From an uncultured Pelagibacteraceae bacterium (GTDB lineage: Bacteria; Pseudomonadota; Alphaproteobacteria; Pelagibacterales; AG-422-B15), in assembly GCA_902525595.1 (NCBI GenBank), contig CABZHO010000001.1, positions 69,977-133,976 on the forward strand: a stretch of DNA of 64,000 nt, written 5' to 3'. The notes under the pieces were generated by a model. That model did no database searches and was not told where the DNA came from. It saw nothing but the letters and a program-made list of their open reading frames with translations. Numbering within the stretch: position 1 is the stretch's first letter; the number at the start of each line of letters is the position of its first letter. Shown piece after piece: positions 22,820-33,117 of the stretch. Position numbers and translations under genes: made by a program.

Positions 22820-23992
22820 ATGAGTGAAGCATATATCACATCCGCAGTTAGAACTGCCGTTGGATCCTTTAATGGATCATTAGCAAGTTTACCTGCACAC
22901 GACTTAGGTAAAGTTGTTATTAAAGAAGCTATTAGTCGATCTAATCTAGAATCGGCGGATGTTGAAGAGGTTATCCTTGGTCAAGTTTTAACCGCTGCTA
23001 CCGGTCAAAATCCTGCAAGACAAGCATCTATTAATGCTGGCCTCAACAAAGAAACCCCTGCCTGGTTAGTAAATCAAGTCTGTGGATCTGGATTAAGAAG
23101 TGTAGCTCTTGCTTATCAATCAATCATGAATGGTGATGCAGATATTATTATAGCGGGAGGCCAAGAAAGTATGAGTCAATCTCCTCATTGTACATACTTA
23201 CGGAGTGGTACGAAAATGGGTGATGATAAGTTAATTGACTCGATGATCAAAGATGGATTATGGGATGCTTTTAATGGTTATCATATGGGAACCACAGCTG
23301 AAAACGTTGCTGAGCAATGGCAGATTACTCGTGATCAACAAGATGAATTTGCTTTTAATTCTCAGCAAAAAGCAAGCAAAGCAAAAGCTGAGGGTTTCTT
23401 TAAAGATGAAATAGTTGGAGTTGAAGTAAAAAATAGAAAAGAGACAATAATATTTGAGAATGATGAATATATTAAAGATGGTGTTCAATTAGAAAAGATT
23501 TCTTCTCTTAGACCTGCTTTTGCAAAAGAAGGAACAGTTACAGCGGCAAATGCTAGTGGTATTAATGATGGTGCTGCAGCGTTGACTGTTATGTCTGGTG
23601 ATGAAATGAATAAAAGAAATATAGAACCACTTGCAAGAATTGTATCATGGGCAAGTGCAGGAGTTGATCCTTCTGTAATGGGTACGGGACCTATACCAGC
23701 CAGCAGAAAAGCTCTAGAAAAAGCTGGATGGAGTATTTCAGATTTAGATCTAGTAGAGTCAAATGAGGCATTTGCAGCCCAATCTTGTGCTGTTAATAAA
23801 GAAATGGGCTGGGACACATCAAAAGTAAATGTTAATGGTGGAGCTATAGCAATTGGTCATCCGATTGGCGCTTCAGGAGCAAGAATATTAGTTACACTTC
23901 TAAATCAAATGAAGAGGCAAGACGCAAAAAAAGGACTTGCGACACTTTGTATTGGTGGCGGTATGGGCGTTGCACTCTGTGTTGAAAGATAA
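22820..23992 (+). CDS. phaA: acetyl-CoA C-acetyltransferase (thiolase II)
   Basis: Active-site [10 protein letters not shown]-terminal [17 protein letters not shown] and CIGGGMG. I moved the start to ATG 22820, which follows AAGAAGGGA; the track ORF begins inside gpmA. Confidence 0.92.
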   Translation: MSEAYITSAVRTAVGSFNGSLASLPAHDLGKVVIKEAISRSNLESADVEEVILGQVLTAATGQNPARQASINAGLNKETPAWLVNQVCGSGLRSVALAYQSIMNGDADIIIAGGQESMSQSPHCTYLRSGTKMGDDKLIDSMIKDGLWDAFNGYHMGTTAENVAEQWQITRDQQDEFAFNSQQKASKAKAEGFFKDEIVGVEVKNRKETIIFENDEYIKDGVQLEKISSLRPAFAKEGTVTAANASGINDGAAALTVMSGDEMNKRNIEPLARIVSWASAGVDPSVMGTGPIPASRKALEKAGWSISDLDLVESNEAFAAQSCAVNKEMGWDTSKVNVNGGAIAIGHPIGASGARILVTLLNQMKRQDAKKGLATLCIGGGMGVALCVER

Positions 23993-24009
23993 TTAAAAGG
24001 AGATCAAAT

Positions 24010-24732
24010 ATGTCAAAAGTTGCATTAGTCACTGGTGGAACAAGAGGTATAGGTGCAGCAATATCTCTTGCATTAAAAAAGGAAGGTTGCAGTGTAGCCG
24101 CTACTTATAGTTCTAATTCAGATGCGGCAAATAAATTTTCATCTGAAAACGGTATTGAGGTTTTTCAATGGAATGTTGCAGATGCTGCGGCATGTGAAAA
24201 TGGTGTGAAGCAAGTTACTGATAAATTAGGTGGTATTGATATATTAGTAAACAACGCAGGTATTTCAAAAGCATCGATGGCTCATAAAATGTCAGTTGAG
24301 CAATGGGACGAAGTTATAAAAACTGATCTTGACTCAGTATTTTATATGACGAGGTGTGTTCTTGAGAGTATGAGGGAAAAATCGTTTGGTAGAATAATAA
24401 GTATTTCCTCAATTAACGGTCAGAAAGGTGAGATGGGGCTAATTAATTATAGTGCAGCAAAAGCTGGATTATTAGGTTTTACAAAAGCATTAGCTCAAGA
24501 AACTGCTAGAAAAAACATTACGGTAAATGCAGTCGCTCCTGGTTACATTGATACTGAAATATTAGCTGATGCCTCTGAAGACTTTATGAAAAGTCTGATT
24601 AGTAAAATTCCTGTTGGTCGACTTGGAACAGTTGACGAAGTTTCACGTATTGTTACATTTCTTGCAAGTGATGAGGCGGGTTTTATAACTGGTTCAACAA
24701 TATCAGCTAACGGTGGACAGTATTTCGCTTAA
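24010..24732 (+). CDS. phaB: acetoacetyl-CoA reductase (SDR)
   Basis: TGGTRGIG cofactor motif and YSAAK catalytic motif. Lies directly after the thiolase. Confidence 0.88.
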   Translation: MSKVALVTGGTRGIGAAISLALKKEGCSVAATYSSNSDAANKFSSENGIEVFQWNVADAAACENGVKQVTDKLGGIDILVNNAGISKASMAHKMSVEQWDEVIKTDLDSVFYMTRCVLESMREKSFGRIISISSINGQKGEMGLINYSAAKAGLLGFTKALAQETARKNITVNAVAPGYIDTEILADASEDFMKSLISKIPVGRLGTVDEVSRIVTFLASDEAGFITGSTISANGGQYFA

Positions 24733-25487
24733 AAGTTATCTTTGAGCTCTCTTATATAACCAAATACTTCCTCTGGACTTTTACCTTGAAGACCAAGATT
24801 TTTTATTAGACTGATGTCATCAGCTTTAAGGAATATATTCATTTTCTTTTCATCAGCAATTGTTGATGGTATTGAAGGTAAGTTCTTTTCATTGAGCTCA
24901 ACCAAACTCTCAATTTTTAATCTCATATCCTCAGATGGATAAATTGAATTTATAAATTTTCCATTACTTAATGTATATTCATGGCCACAATAAATTTTTG
25001 TTTGATCAGGAAGGGCACGTAATTTTTTTAGAGAATTCCACATCATAGTAGGCGTTCCCTCAAAAAGTCTGCCACACCCAAGAGAAAATAGTGTATCACC
25101 AGTAAAAACAGCATTGAGAGATTTAAAAAAAAAGGCAATATGACCTGATGTGTGTCCAGGAATTTCAATTATTTGAGCGGTATGTTCTTTGAAACTCCAA
25201 TAATCACCATCAGAAATTTCTATATCAATACCTGGAATTCTGTCTCTATCTTTTTTACTACCCACTATTTTACAGTTATATTTTTCTTTAAGTTCAAAGT
25301 TTCCTCCAATATGATCAAAATGGTGGTGAGTGTTTAATATATACTTCAGCTGTAGATCATTTTTTTCTAACGTATCGATAACAGGACCTGCCTCGGATGG
25401 ATCAACTACAAATGCTTCTTTCTTATCATTCAAATAAATATATGCGTAATTATCATTTAAGCATTTTATAATAAGTATTTCTGTCAT
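24729..25487 (-). CDS. gloB: hydroxyacylglutathione hydrolase (glyoxalase II)
   Basis: Metallo-beta-lactamase motif THHHFDHIGG. 252 aa. Confidence 0.88.
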   Translation of the reverse strand: MTEILIIKCLNDNYAYIYLNDKKEAFVVDPSEAGPVIDTLEKNDLQLKYILNTHHHFDHIGGNFELKEKYNCKIVGSKKDRDRIPGIDIEISDGDYWSFKEHTAQIIEIPGHTSGHIAFFFKSLNAVFTGDTLFSLGCGRLFEGTPTMMWNSLKKLRALPDQTKIYCGHEYTLSNGKFINSIYPSEDMRLKIESLVELNEKNLPSIPSTIADEKKMNIFLKADDISLIKNLGLQGKSPEEVFGYIRELKDNF

Positions 25488-25490
25488 TAA

Positions 25491-26102
25491 TCAATCCTTA
25501 GAAACCAAAAAAAGACCTACTTCGTTAAAATAGCTATCCATAAAATTTTTTCCATGAAACTTTTCAAGATTTTTATTAGAGAGATTTCCACTTTTCTCAA
25601 TAGTAATATTTATTTCATCGCATAAATCAATAAAATCGTTAATTGTGCAAAAGTGAAGATTTGGTGTTTCATGCCATGAGTAGCTTAATTTCTCACTTAC
25701 AGGCATCTTTCTGTTTAATAGTAAACTAGCACCGATTTTCCAATGTCCGAAGTTGGGAAACGATATTATTGCTTTTTTTGATATTCTTACTAATTGCTGC
25801 ATTACAGTTTTAGGTCTCTTAGTTGCCTGTAATGTATAAGTAAGAATTGAATAATCAAATATTTTGTCAGGGTAATCATACAAGTCTTTATCAGCATCTC
25901 CTTCGATAACTGAAATTCCTTTAGCTAAACAAAGTTGAACTTTTTTTTGATCAATTTCCATACCTCGACCATCTATGTTTTTGTGTTTCTTTAAATACTC
26001 TAATAAGGAACCATCATTACAACCCACATCGATTACAGATGCATTACTTGGAATAAGATTAGCTATTATACCAAAATCTTTTTTTTCATTAATTAGACTC
26101 AT
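25491..26102 (-). CDS. metW: methionine biosynthesis protein MetW
   Basis: 203-aa methyltransferase-like protein (VIDVGCNDGSLL) immediately downstream of metX and overlapping it. Confidence 0.88.
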   Translation of the reverse strand: MSLINEKKDFGIIANLIPSNASVIDVGCNDGSLLEYLKKHKNIDGRGMEIDQKKVQLCLAKGISVIEGDADKDLYDYPDKIFDYSILTYTLQATKRPKTVMQQLVRISKKAIISFPNFGHWKIGASLLLNRKMPVSEKLSYSWHETPNLHFCTINDFIDLCDEINITIEKSGNLSNKNLEKFHGKNFMDSYFNEVGLFLVSKD

Positions 26103-27214
26103 AAATTTTCATATGTTGAGTTAACAAATCCTTTAATTGCTTCAAAAAATTTTGGCTCTTCTAATAAAAAAGAGTCATGACCACCATCAGTTTCAATTTC
26201 AATGAAACTTACGTTAAGACCGAGGGAGTTAAAGACTTTTACGATTTTTTTATTTTCAGAAGTTGGATATAACCAATCACTTGTAAATGATACGCAAAGG
26301 ATTTTAGACTTAGTATTTTTAAATGCTTCAACTAGAGAACCATTGTGAGTAGAAGAAACATCAAAATAATCCATTGCTCTGGTTATATATAAGTAACTGT
26401 TAGCATCAAAACGATCAACAAAGGTAAATCCCTGGTGTCTCAAGTAGCTCTCTATTTGAAAGTCAGCATCAAAAGAATAGTCTAGACTATTTTTGTCTTG
26501 AAGATTTCTTCCAAACTTGCTCTGTAAAGCTTCTTTTGATAAATAGGAAATATGGGCAGCCATTCTTGCTACTGAAAGTCCTTTTAGAGGTTTTTTATCA
26601 GTATGATAATAATTACCTGATTGCCAATTAGGATCAGCCATAATAGATTGTCTTGCTAATTCATTTAATGCAATATTTTGTGCAGAGTGATTTGTTGCTG
26701 TTGCGATTGGAATAGCTGAGTGCACCATTTCTGGAAATTTAGATAGCCATTCTAGTACCAACATACCACCCATTGATCCGCCTGTAACACAAAATATTTT
26801 TTCTATTTTTAAATAATCTATTAATAATTTTTGCGCTCTAACCATATCCGCAATAGTCACTACAGGAAAATCCGTCGCAAACTCTTTTTTACTTTCTGGA
26901 TTAATTTCTTTAGGTCCTGTAGATCCCATACAACCACCAATAACATTAGGGCAAATTACAAAAAATTTATTTGTATCGATTGATTTATTTGGTCCTACAA
27001 CCATTGACCACCAACCGCTCTTTTTTGTAATAGGATGATCACTGGCAACGAATTGATCACCTGTTAAAGCATGACAGACTAAAATTGCGTTATTTTTTTT
27101 TTCGTTAAGAGTGCCATAAGTGGTGTACGCAGTTTTAAATTTTGATAAGGAAGCACCCCCATCCAAAATTAGTGGTGCATCTTCTGCTAACGTAACAATT
27201 TTATTTTCACTCAT
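26099..27214 (-). CDS. metX: homoserine O-acyltransferase
   Basis: Alpha/beta hydrolase with GGSMGGM nucleophile elbow and canonical MetX length from ATG 27214 (MSENKIV..). The track's TTG start at 27310 runs through a terminator hairpin and structured leader. Confidence 0.9.
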   Translation of the reverse strand: MSENKIVTLAEDAPLILDGGASLSKFKTAYTTYGTLNEKKNNAILVCHALTGDQFVASDHPITKKSGWWSMVVGPNKSIDTNKFFVICPNVIGGCMGSTGPKEINPESKKEFATDFPVVTIADMVRAQKLLIDYLKIEKIFCVTGGSMGGMLVLEWLSKFPEMVHSAIPIATATNHSAQNIALNELARQSIMADPNWQSGNYYHTDKKPLKGLSVARMAAHISYLSKEALQSKFGRNLQDKNSLDYSFDADFQIESYLRHQGFTFVDRFDANSYLYITRAMDYFDVSSTHNGSLVEAFKNTKSKILCVSFTSDWLYPTSENKKIVKVFNSLGLNVSFIEIETDGGHDSFLLEEPKFFEAIKGFVNSTYENL

Positions 27215-27225
27215 ATAATTTTTCC

Positions 27226-27260
27226 AAAAAAAAACCGCCTCACAACTAAGTTTGGCGGTT
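27226..27260 (-). terminator. intrinsic terminator-like attenuator hairpin in the metX leader
   Basis: Minus-strand RNA AAACCGCC-AAACUUAGUUGUGA-GGCGGUUU followed by a U9 run. It ends 12 nt before the metX ATG. Confidence 0.75.
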
Positions 27261-27267
27261 TCAACTA

Positions 27268-27321
27268 CCTCTTTAGCTGCATTTTTATTGCGCCCGCAAG
27301 CTGTGCTCAAATCGGCGCAAT
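27268..27321 (-). promoter_or_regulatory. candidate SAM-II/SAM-V-like pseudoknot riboswitch aptamer
   Basis: Minus-strand RNA AUUGCGCC-GAUUUGAGCACAGCUUGCG-GGCGCAAU-AAAAAUGCAGCUAAAGAGG. It has an 8-bp stem. Loop GAUUUGAGC is complementary to the downstream GCUAAAG, giving an H-type pseudoknot. Located upstream of metX, where SAM-II is known. Confidence 0.45.
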
Positions 27322-27428
27322 TAAGGTATTATATATTCTTGATGACATTGTCAAATTAGAAGATTTATTTATTTCAAAGATTTTCTTTCAAAATTAAGAA
27401 TATTCACATATTTATAGCCAGTTAAAAC

Positions 27429-28496
27429 ATGAAAAAACTAAAAAATATAAAGCTTTATGAAGGTGGTATTTCATCAATACCAGGTAAAAAAAATGTTACT
27501 AAGCTTTCATCAAATGAATCTCCTTTTGGCCCCAGCGTGCGAGTGCAGAAAGCTATTACAATAGCAAAGTCAAAAACCCATAAATATCCCGATGGCAACA
27601 GTATTCAGTTAAAAACTACATTATCTAAAAAATCAAAATTAAATATTAATAACTTATTTATTGGTAACGGATCTGATGAGATATTGGGCATAGCTTGTCA
27701 ACTTTTTCTAAATAAGGGAGATGAAGTAATTATTCCCAAACATAGTTTTTTAATGTTTGAAATATATTCAAAAATTAGCGGTGGCGTTGTAAAACAGTCA
27801 AGAACAAATAATTTACGTTTTGATGTAGAAAATATTTTAAAAAATATCTCGAAAAAAACAAAAATAATTTTTATAGCTCAACCAAATAATCCTACTGGTT
27901 TCTATTTATCAAAACAAGAATTGAAATTACTGATCACTAAAGTTCCAAAAAAAATAATTATAATTATTGATGCGGCTTACTCTGAGTACGTTACTGATAA
28001 AGATTATACAAATGGTATTGATTTTGCAAAAAGACATAAAAATATTATTGTTACCAGAACTTTTTCTAAAATCTTTGGTCTCGCATCCCTGAGATTGGGA
28101 TGGTGTTATGCTCATAATGATATAATACAATTGATGAACAAAGTTAGGGGACCGTTTAACATAAATCAAATAGCTCAAACCGCGGGCATTGAAGCATTAA
28201 AAGATAAGAAATATGTTAAAAATTCTATTAATCATAATAAATTTTGGCTTAGAAAAATGAATAGTGAGCTGAGTAAACTTCCAATTCAAGTTTGTGATAG
28301 TAGGGCTAATTTTTTATTATTAAATATTGGCAAATCAGTAAAAATACTCAATCGATTTCTATTATCAAAATCCATCATTGTCAGATTAATGGATAAATAT
28401 AATTTACCTCAATATATAAGAGTATCAATTGGAACCTCTAAAGAAAATAAAAAGTTCATAAAATCTATGAAAGAGTTTTTTAATGACAAAAAATAA
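27429..28496 (+). CDS. hisC: histidinol-phosphate / aromatic aminotransferase
   Basis: Class-II aminotransferase with LSSNESP N-terminal motif and the TFSKIFGLASLRLG PLP-Lys region. Confidence 0.88.
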   Translation: MKKLKNIKLYEGGISSIPGKKNVTKLSSNESPFGPSVRVQKAITIAKSKTHKYPDGNSIQLKTTLSKKSKLNINNLFIGNGSDEILGIACQLFLNKGDEVIIPKHSFLMFEIYSKISGGVVKQSRTNNLRFDVENILKNISKKTKIIFIAQPNNPTGFYLSKQELKLLITKVPKKIIIIIDAAYSEYVTDKDYTNGIDFAKRHKNIIVTRTFSKIFGLASLRLGWCYAHNDIIQLMNKVRGPFNINQIAQTAGIEALKDKKYVKNSINHNKFWLRKMNSELSKLPIQVCDSRANFLLLNIGKSVKILNRFLLSKSIIVRLMDKYNLPQYIRVSIGTSKENKKFIKSMKEFFNDKK

Positions 28497-29409
28497 AAGA
28501 TTATTTAAAAAAGTCAGTATTATTGGTCTTGGCTTGATAGGTTCGTCTATAGCGCTTGCAATAAAGAGGAAGAACTTAGCCCAAGTTATTTCAGGTTATT
28601 CTAGAAGTCTTAAAACGAGAAATGCTGCTAAAAAATTAAAGATAACGGATAAGATTGAAAATAATATTGGTAATTGTGTAAAAGATTCTGATTTAGTTAT
28701 AATTTGTACACATTTAAATAGTTATAAAAGTATATTTAAAAAAATATCACCTTATCTCTCAGGAAAAACCATTGTATCAGATGTTGGCTCAGCTAAAGAG
28801 TCTGCAATTGCATCTGTTGAGAAGTTTACTCAGAATAAAATCAATTTCGTACCTGCGCACCCGATTGCTGGAACTGAAAAGAGTGGCCCCTCAGCAGGTT
28901 TTGCAGAGCTATTCGAGAATAGATGGTGTATAATAACACCCCTTAAAAACAATACATCGAAGGATATAAATATAATCAAAATATTTTGGAAAAAGCTGGG
29001 TAGTAAAGTTGAAATCATGACCCCGTCAAGACATGATAGAGTAATGGCGATTACATCGCATCTGCCTCATTTAATTGCTTATAACATTGTATCTACAGCA
29101 GCTGATCTAGAAAATATTACAAGATCAGACGTTATCAAGTATAGTGCTAGTGGATTTAGAGATTTTACAAGAATTGCTTCATCTGATCCAACTATGTGGA
29201 GAGATGTTTTTTTGAGCAATAAAGATGCAGTTTTGGAAATGATTAGTAGGTTTTCTGAGGATCTGAGTGTATTGCAAAAAGCTATAAGATGGGATGATGG
29301 CGAGAGTTTATATAAATTATTTTCTAAAACTAAAAAAGTAAGAGAAAAAATAATTAAAGCTGGTCAAGATACAACAGACGCAGATTTTGGCAGATCAAAA
29401 AGAAAATAA
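28483..29409 (+). CDS. tyrC: prephenate/arogenate dehydrogenase
   Basis: Rossmann IIGLGLIGSS and AHPIAGTE catalytic region. Shows the alphaproteobacterial hisC-tyrC pairing. Confidence 0.85.
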   Translation: MTKNKRLFKKVSIIGLGLIGSSIALAIKRKNLAQVISGYSRSLKTRNAAKKLKITDKIENNIGNCVKDSDLVIICTHLNSYKSIFKKISPYLSGKTIVSDVGSAKESAIASVEKFTQNKINFVPAHPIAGTEKSGPSAGFAELFENRWCIITPLKNNTSKDINIIKIFWKKLGSKVEIMTPSRHDRVMAITSHLPHLIAYNIVSTAADLENITRSDVIKYSASGFRDFTRIASSDPTMWRDVFLSNKDAVLEMISRFSEDLSVLQKAIRWDDGESLYKLFSKTKKVREKIIKAGQDTTDADFGRSKRK

Positions 29410-30129
29410 ATCTCTCAAGTCAACTAAAGGAATAAATAACAGAGATACAATTCCATTGTTAACCATGATTGGTGTACTAAACAAGTTATTATTGGAGCTT
29501 TCGTCAATCACATCAAGTTGAAGACTACCATTTAAACTTTGATTAGAATTAGTTAAGCTTCCTTCCAATATTACTCTAACATCTCCATTGAAGGAATCTA
29601 AAACACTAGAAGTTACAGCTGTTAGAAATATTTTAAACTCTTCATCGGTTACTCTACTAATTTTAAAAATTATTTTATTTATATTTTGAATGTTATATTC
29701 TTTAATTCTAAGGTTCATGTTGTTTGCTATTGAGTAAATTTCATTTAATTGGTCGTCAGCCATTGATAATCTAAGTTGAATTTCATTTATTAAAAAATTA
29801 AAAGAATCGTTATTTTTTTCTGAGCCCATAAGACGATTTGTACTAATCATAAGCTTACTGACATCGATAGGATTCATATTTATATTTACATCATCTAACT
29901 TAATTATGGATACTCCTTGTAGGGATACTAAATTTGGACTTTCTATTAGAGCTGACAATCTATAGGGATAACCAGTAACTTTAAGGGATTTGTATGAAAC
30001 GTTGTATTTATTAAGGTTACTCACAAGCTGTGTTTTTAGCTGAAATGAAATAAATAACCAATACAAGGAATATAAAGCTAAAATTAAAATCACTAATAAA
30101 ATTATTTTGTTAAATGAAATAAATTTCAT
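29395..30129 (-). CDS. N-terminally membrane-anchored hypothetical protein (possibly DUF2125-like)
   Basis: 244 aa with a single N-terminal TM helix and no recognisable catalytic motif. Overlaps the plsC stop. Confidence 0.5.
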   Translation of the reverse strand: MKFISFNKIILLVILILALYSLYWLFISFQLKTQLVSNLNKYNVSYKSLKVTGYPYRLSALIESPNLVSLQGVSIIKLDDVNINMNPIDVSKLMISTNRLMGSEKNNDSFNFLINEIQLRLSMADDQLNEIYSIANNMNLRIKEYNIQNINKIIFKISRVTDEEFKIFLTAVTSSVLDSFNGDVRVILEGSLTNSNQSLNGSLQLDVIDESSNNNLFSTPIMVNNGIVSLLFIPLVDLRDLFSF

Positions 30130-30860
30130 TTTGGATAATTATTTTTTGCTTCAATAAGTAATTTATCTGATTGTTCCTCAATTGAATTATATAATCTCTT
30201 TGCAAACTGATTTTTATCTAATCCTGCCTCAATTGGTTCTAAAAATTCAATAACCATTTTTCCTGGATACCTCAAAAATTGTCGACGTGACCAAAAGTAG
30301 CCACAGTTTATAGCAACAGGAAGACATGGAATCTGAAGCCCATCATATAATGCAGTTACACCATACTTATATGGTCGACGTTCACCAATAGGAGTCCTAG
30401 TACCTTCAGGGAAAATAAGTAAGGGGCGCGGGTCTGTTTCCATGCTTCTTTTTGCGGAATTTACCATTGCTTGAATATTTGTTTCACCTTTTCTCCGATC
30501 AACGTAAATAAAATTAGCCTTTTTAAAACAAAGTCCAACAATGGGAATAAATAGTAATTGTTTCTTTGCAATAATTGATGGAGTTTCAATCGCCTCATTT
30601 AAAAAGATTGCTTCTGCAAGCGACTGATGTTTTGCAGCTATTAAATATTTTCTAGTTTCAGGAATATTTTCCAATCCTCGGTATTCTACCTCAAGATTTG
30701 CAAAGTGTTTCAAGCTAAATTTTGTATGGGTAGACTGGAAACGAATTATTCCAAGCATATGTATTTTTGGAAGAAAAAAAAGTATGGGCGCAAAGAAAAT
30801 ACAGACTAGCAGAACAATATAAAATGAAAGATTTGCCAACAGCGATCTAATATATATCAT
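30126..30860 (-). CDS. plsC: 1-acyl-sn-glycerol-3-phosphate acyltransferase family
   Basis: Acyltransferase motifs KHQSLAE (HX4-acidic) and FPEGTR. Has an N-terminal TM helix. Confidence 0.82.
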   Translation of the reverse strand: MIYIRSLLANLSFYIVLLVCIFFAPILFFLPKIHMLGIIRFQSTHTKFSLKHFANLEVEYRGLENIPETRKYLIAAKHQSLAEAIFLNEAIETPSIIAKKQLLFIPIVGLCFKKANFIYVDRRKGETNIQAMVNSAKRSMETDPRPLLIFPEGTRTPIGERRPYKYGVTALYDGLQIPCLPVAINCGYFWSRRQFLRYPGKMVIEFLEPIEAGLDKNQFAKRLYNSIEEQSDKLLIEAKNNYPK

Positions 30861-31441
30861 TAGTATAATCCTATACTTAAACTTACTTTAGTTCTCATAT
30901 ATTTTACATACTCTACAATCAATTTCTTCATACGAATATTTATTTTTTGACTCTTATATTCCACTCCATAATAGTGAGTGTCTTCTTTTAAAAGAAGTCT
31001 ATTTGATTCAAGTTCAACTCTTGGAAGATGATAATCCGACGAAACAATTAAAATAGTATTAATGTTATTATTTAATTTCCAAACATAAGCCTCTCTTATA
31101 TTTTCAAAGGTATTACTTGAGGTATTATCAAATTCGATACAACAATTAAAAAGCTCGTCGTATTTTGGAAATTCGTTTTTTATTACATTAAGAGATATCT
31201 TGCTATTAACTCCTGAGATTAAAAGTTTATTTCCGATTTTCTTTTCAAGCAATGATAATCCCTCCGATATTCTGTATTTATCACCAGTTAAAACTACAAT
31301 TCCTTCAACGATATTCTCTTCAATAGGTAGAAATTCGTATTTCTTTATTTTCAAAAGAAAGTAATTAAAGTGAAGAAGTACAATAATTACAATTAATAAA
31401 AGCGAAAAATGATAGTAATGTAATTTTATTTCATTAATCAT
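30860..31441 (-). CDS. DUF218 (ElyC/SanA/YdcF-like) membrane-anchored protein
   Basis: N-terminal TM helix, VVLTGD....R and LLISG motifs, and SDYHLPR near the C-terminus. Confidence 0.75.
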   Translation of the reverse strand: MINEIKLHYYHFSLLLIVIIVLLHFNYFLLKIKKYEFLPIEENIVEGIVVLTGDKYRISEGLSLLEKKIGNKLLISGVNSKISLNVIKNEFPKYDELFNCCIEFDNTSSNTFENIREAYVWKLNNNINTILIVSSDYHLPRVELESNRLLLKEDTHYYGVEYKSQKINIRMKKLIVEYVKYMRTKVSLSIGLY

Positions 31442-31501
31442 TTTAAATACGTTACACTAATTTACTAATTAAATTTACAACAAATAAAACTTTATAAGAT
31501 T

Positions 31502-31888
31502 ATGATAATTTCATGTCCTTCTTGTTCGGCAAAATACTTAGTGAGTACCGAAGACATAGGATCTGGGAGGCAAGTGAAATGTACAAGGTGTAATTACTCT
31601 TGGTTTTACGAAAATACTAATTACGAAAACAACAAAAAATTAGAAATTGAACAAATAAGTAAGTCCAATATAAAACGCGATCATGCTAAAGACCAAAATT
31701 TACCAGTTATTTATGAGAAGAAGAAAAATATTCCACTTCCATTCTTAGTGCTACTAATACCTGTGATCTTTATAGCTATTGAAATGATAATAAGGAACTC
31801 AAATATAAATGCTTTAGAATTTAGTAAGGAATTAAATAATTTTATTGAAACTATAGTGAATATAATAGGAAGCTTATTTTCTTCTTAA
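31502..31888 (+). CDS. MJ0042-type zinc-ribbon membrane protein
   Basis: N-terminal CPSC..(17)..CTRC zinc ribbon followed by one TM helix. Confidence 0.75.
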   Translation: MIISCPSCSAKYLVSTEDIGSGRQVKCTRCNYSWFYENTNYENNKKLEIEQISKSNIKRDHAKDQNLPVIYEKKKNIPLPFLVLLIPVIFIAIEMIIRNSNINALEFSKELNNFIETIVNIIGSLFSS

Positions 31889-33117
31889 ACTTCGTTACTA
31901 ATAAAGTCCTCAAACGTTTGCCGTTTTCTAATTGTTGTTATTTCTGATCCACTTATTAATAACTCCTCAATGAGTGGACGTGCATTATAATTGGAGCTCA
32001 TTGTTGATCCATATGCTCCCACATCTTTTAAAACAACATATTCACCAATTTTAATCTTATTAAATCTTTTTATATTGATAAATACATCAGAGCTTTCGCA
32101 TATTGGTCCTACAATATCGGTGTTTATTTCCTCAAATTCATCATTGTTAATTTCTGGTAATACTTCATGATTTGCGTCATATAAGGCTGGCCTTATCATA
32201 TCATTCATACCCGCATCTATGATTATAAATTTCTTACCAGTAATATTTTTTATATAAAGTACTTTCGAAACCAATATTCCTGCATCAGCAGATATTAGTC
32301 TTCCTGGTTCAAAAATAAATTTGATACCTTCTAAGTCAAAATATTTGTGTATTAATTTTGCATATTCTTCAAATGTAAAATTTCTTTTTTGTGGACTGAG
32401 CCCGCCACCCACATCAATTGTATCAATTATTGATGTCTCACTATTTATTTTTTTTGCTAAATCCCCAATAAGACTAAAAGTATTTTCAAAAGGATTTAGC
32501 TCCTTAATATTGCTGCCAATATGAAATGCAATTGACGATATTTTCAAACTTGAATAATTTGCTCTATTCTGAAAAATTTTATGAGTATCCTCAATGCTTA
32601 CCCCGAATTTATCTTCCAGACTGCCTGTGCTAATTTTTTTATGAGTATCAGCCTTAATGTCAGGATTAATTCTAATACCAATTTTCTGAACCTTACCAAT
32701 GCTTGCTGCTATTTCATTTATGCGGTTTAATTCATCAATTGATTCAACATTAATTTGAAAACAATCGTTATTAATAGCAAATTGAATGTCTTTATCTGTT
32801 TTGCCAATTCCTGAAAAAACTATATTTTTTGCACTTATGCCGGCTTTCAATGCTTTTCTCATTTCCCATTCAGAGACAACATCTGCTCCAGCGCCAAGTT
32901 TCTCAAGAGTTTTTAATAAGGTTAAATTTGAATTTGACTTTAACGAAAAACATACAGTGCTATCGAAAGATGCAACTGAGTTAGCAAATTTGTTGAAATT
33001 ATCTATTAAAGTATTTTGACTATAGCAGTAAAATGGCGTAGTTCTGCCCTTCGCTATTTCACTAATTGCCACACCCTCAAATTTTAGGATATTATTTTCG
33101 TATTTCAGAAAAGACAT
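31885..33117 (-). CDS. lysA: diaminopimelate decarboxylase
   Basis: 410-aa Orn/DAP/Arg decarboxylase fold with the FSLKSN PLP-Lys motif, DVGGG, and the GPICESSD region. Confidence 0.92.
   Translation of the reverse strand: MSFLKYENNILKFEGVAISEIAKGRTTPFYCYSQNTLIDNFNKFANSVASFDSTVCFSLKSNSNLTLLKTLEKLGAGADVVSEWEMRKALKAGISAKNIVFSGIGKTDKDIQFAINNDCFQINVESIDELNRINEIAASIGKVQKIGIRINPDIKADTHKKISTGSLEDKFGVSIEDTHKIFQNRANYSSLKISSIAFHIGSNIKELNPFENTFSLIGDLAKKINSETSIIDTIDVGGGLSPQKRNFTFEEYAKLIHKYFDLEGIKFIFEPGRLISADAGILVSKVLYIKNITGKKFIIIDAGMNDMIRPALYDANHEVLPEINNDEFEEINTDIVGPICESSDVFINIKRFNKIKIGEYVVLKDVGAYGSTMSSNYNARPLIEELLISGSEITTIRKRQTFEDFISNEV

Noticed and set aside
27215-27310. TTG-initiated 32-residue N-terminal extension of metX.
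   Set aside because: It reads through a terminator hairpin with a U-run and a GC-rich stem. It has no similarity to MetX N-termini, and the conserved protein begins at ATG 27214.
30126-30860. PlsC motif I reads KHQSLAE (acidic Glu instead of Asp in HX4D), a possible inactive enzyme.
   Set aside because: The H-Q-S-x-x-E variants occur in a recognised subfamily of bacterial lysophospholipid acyltransferases. The FPEGTR motif is intact.
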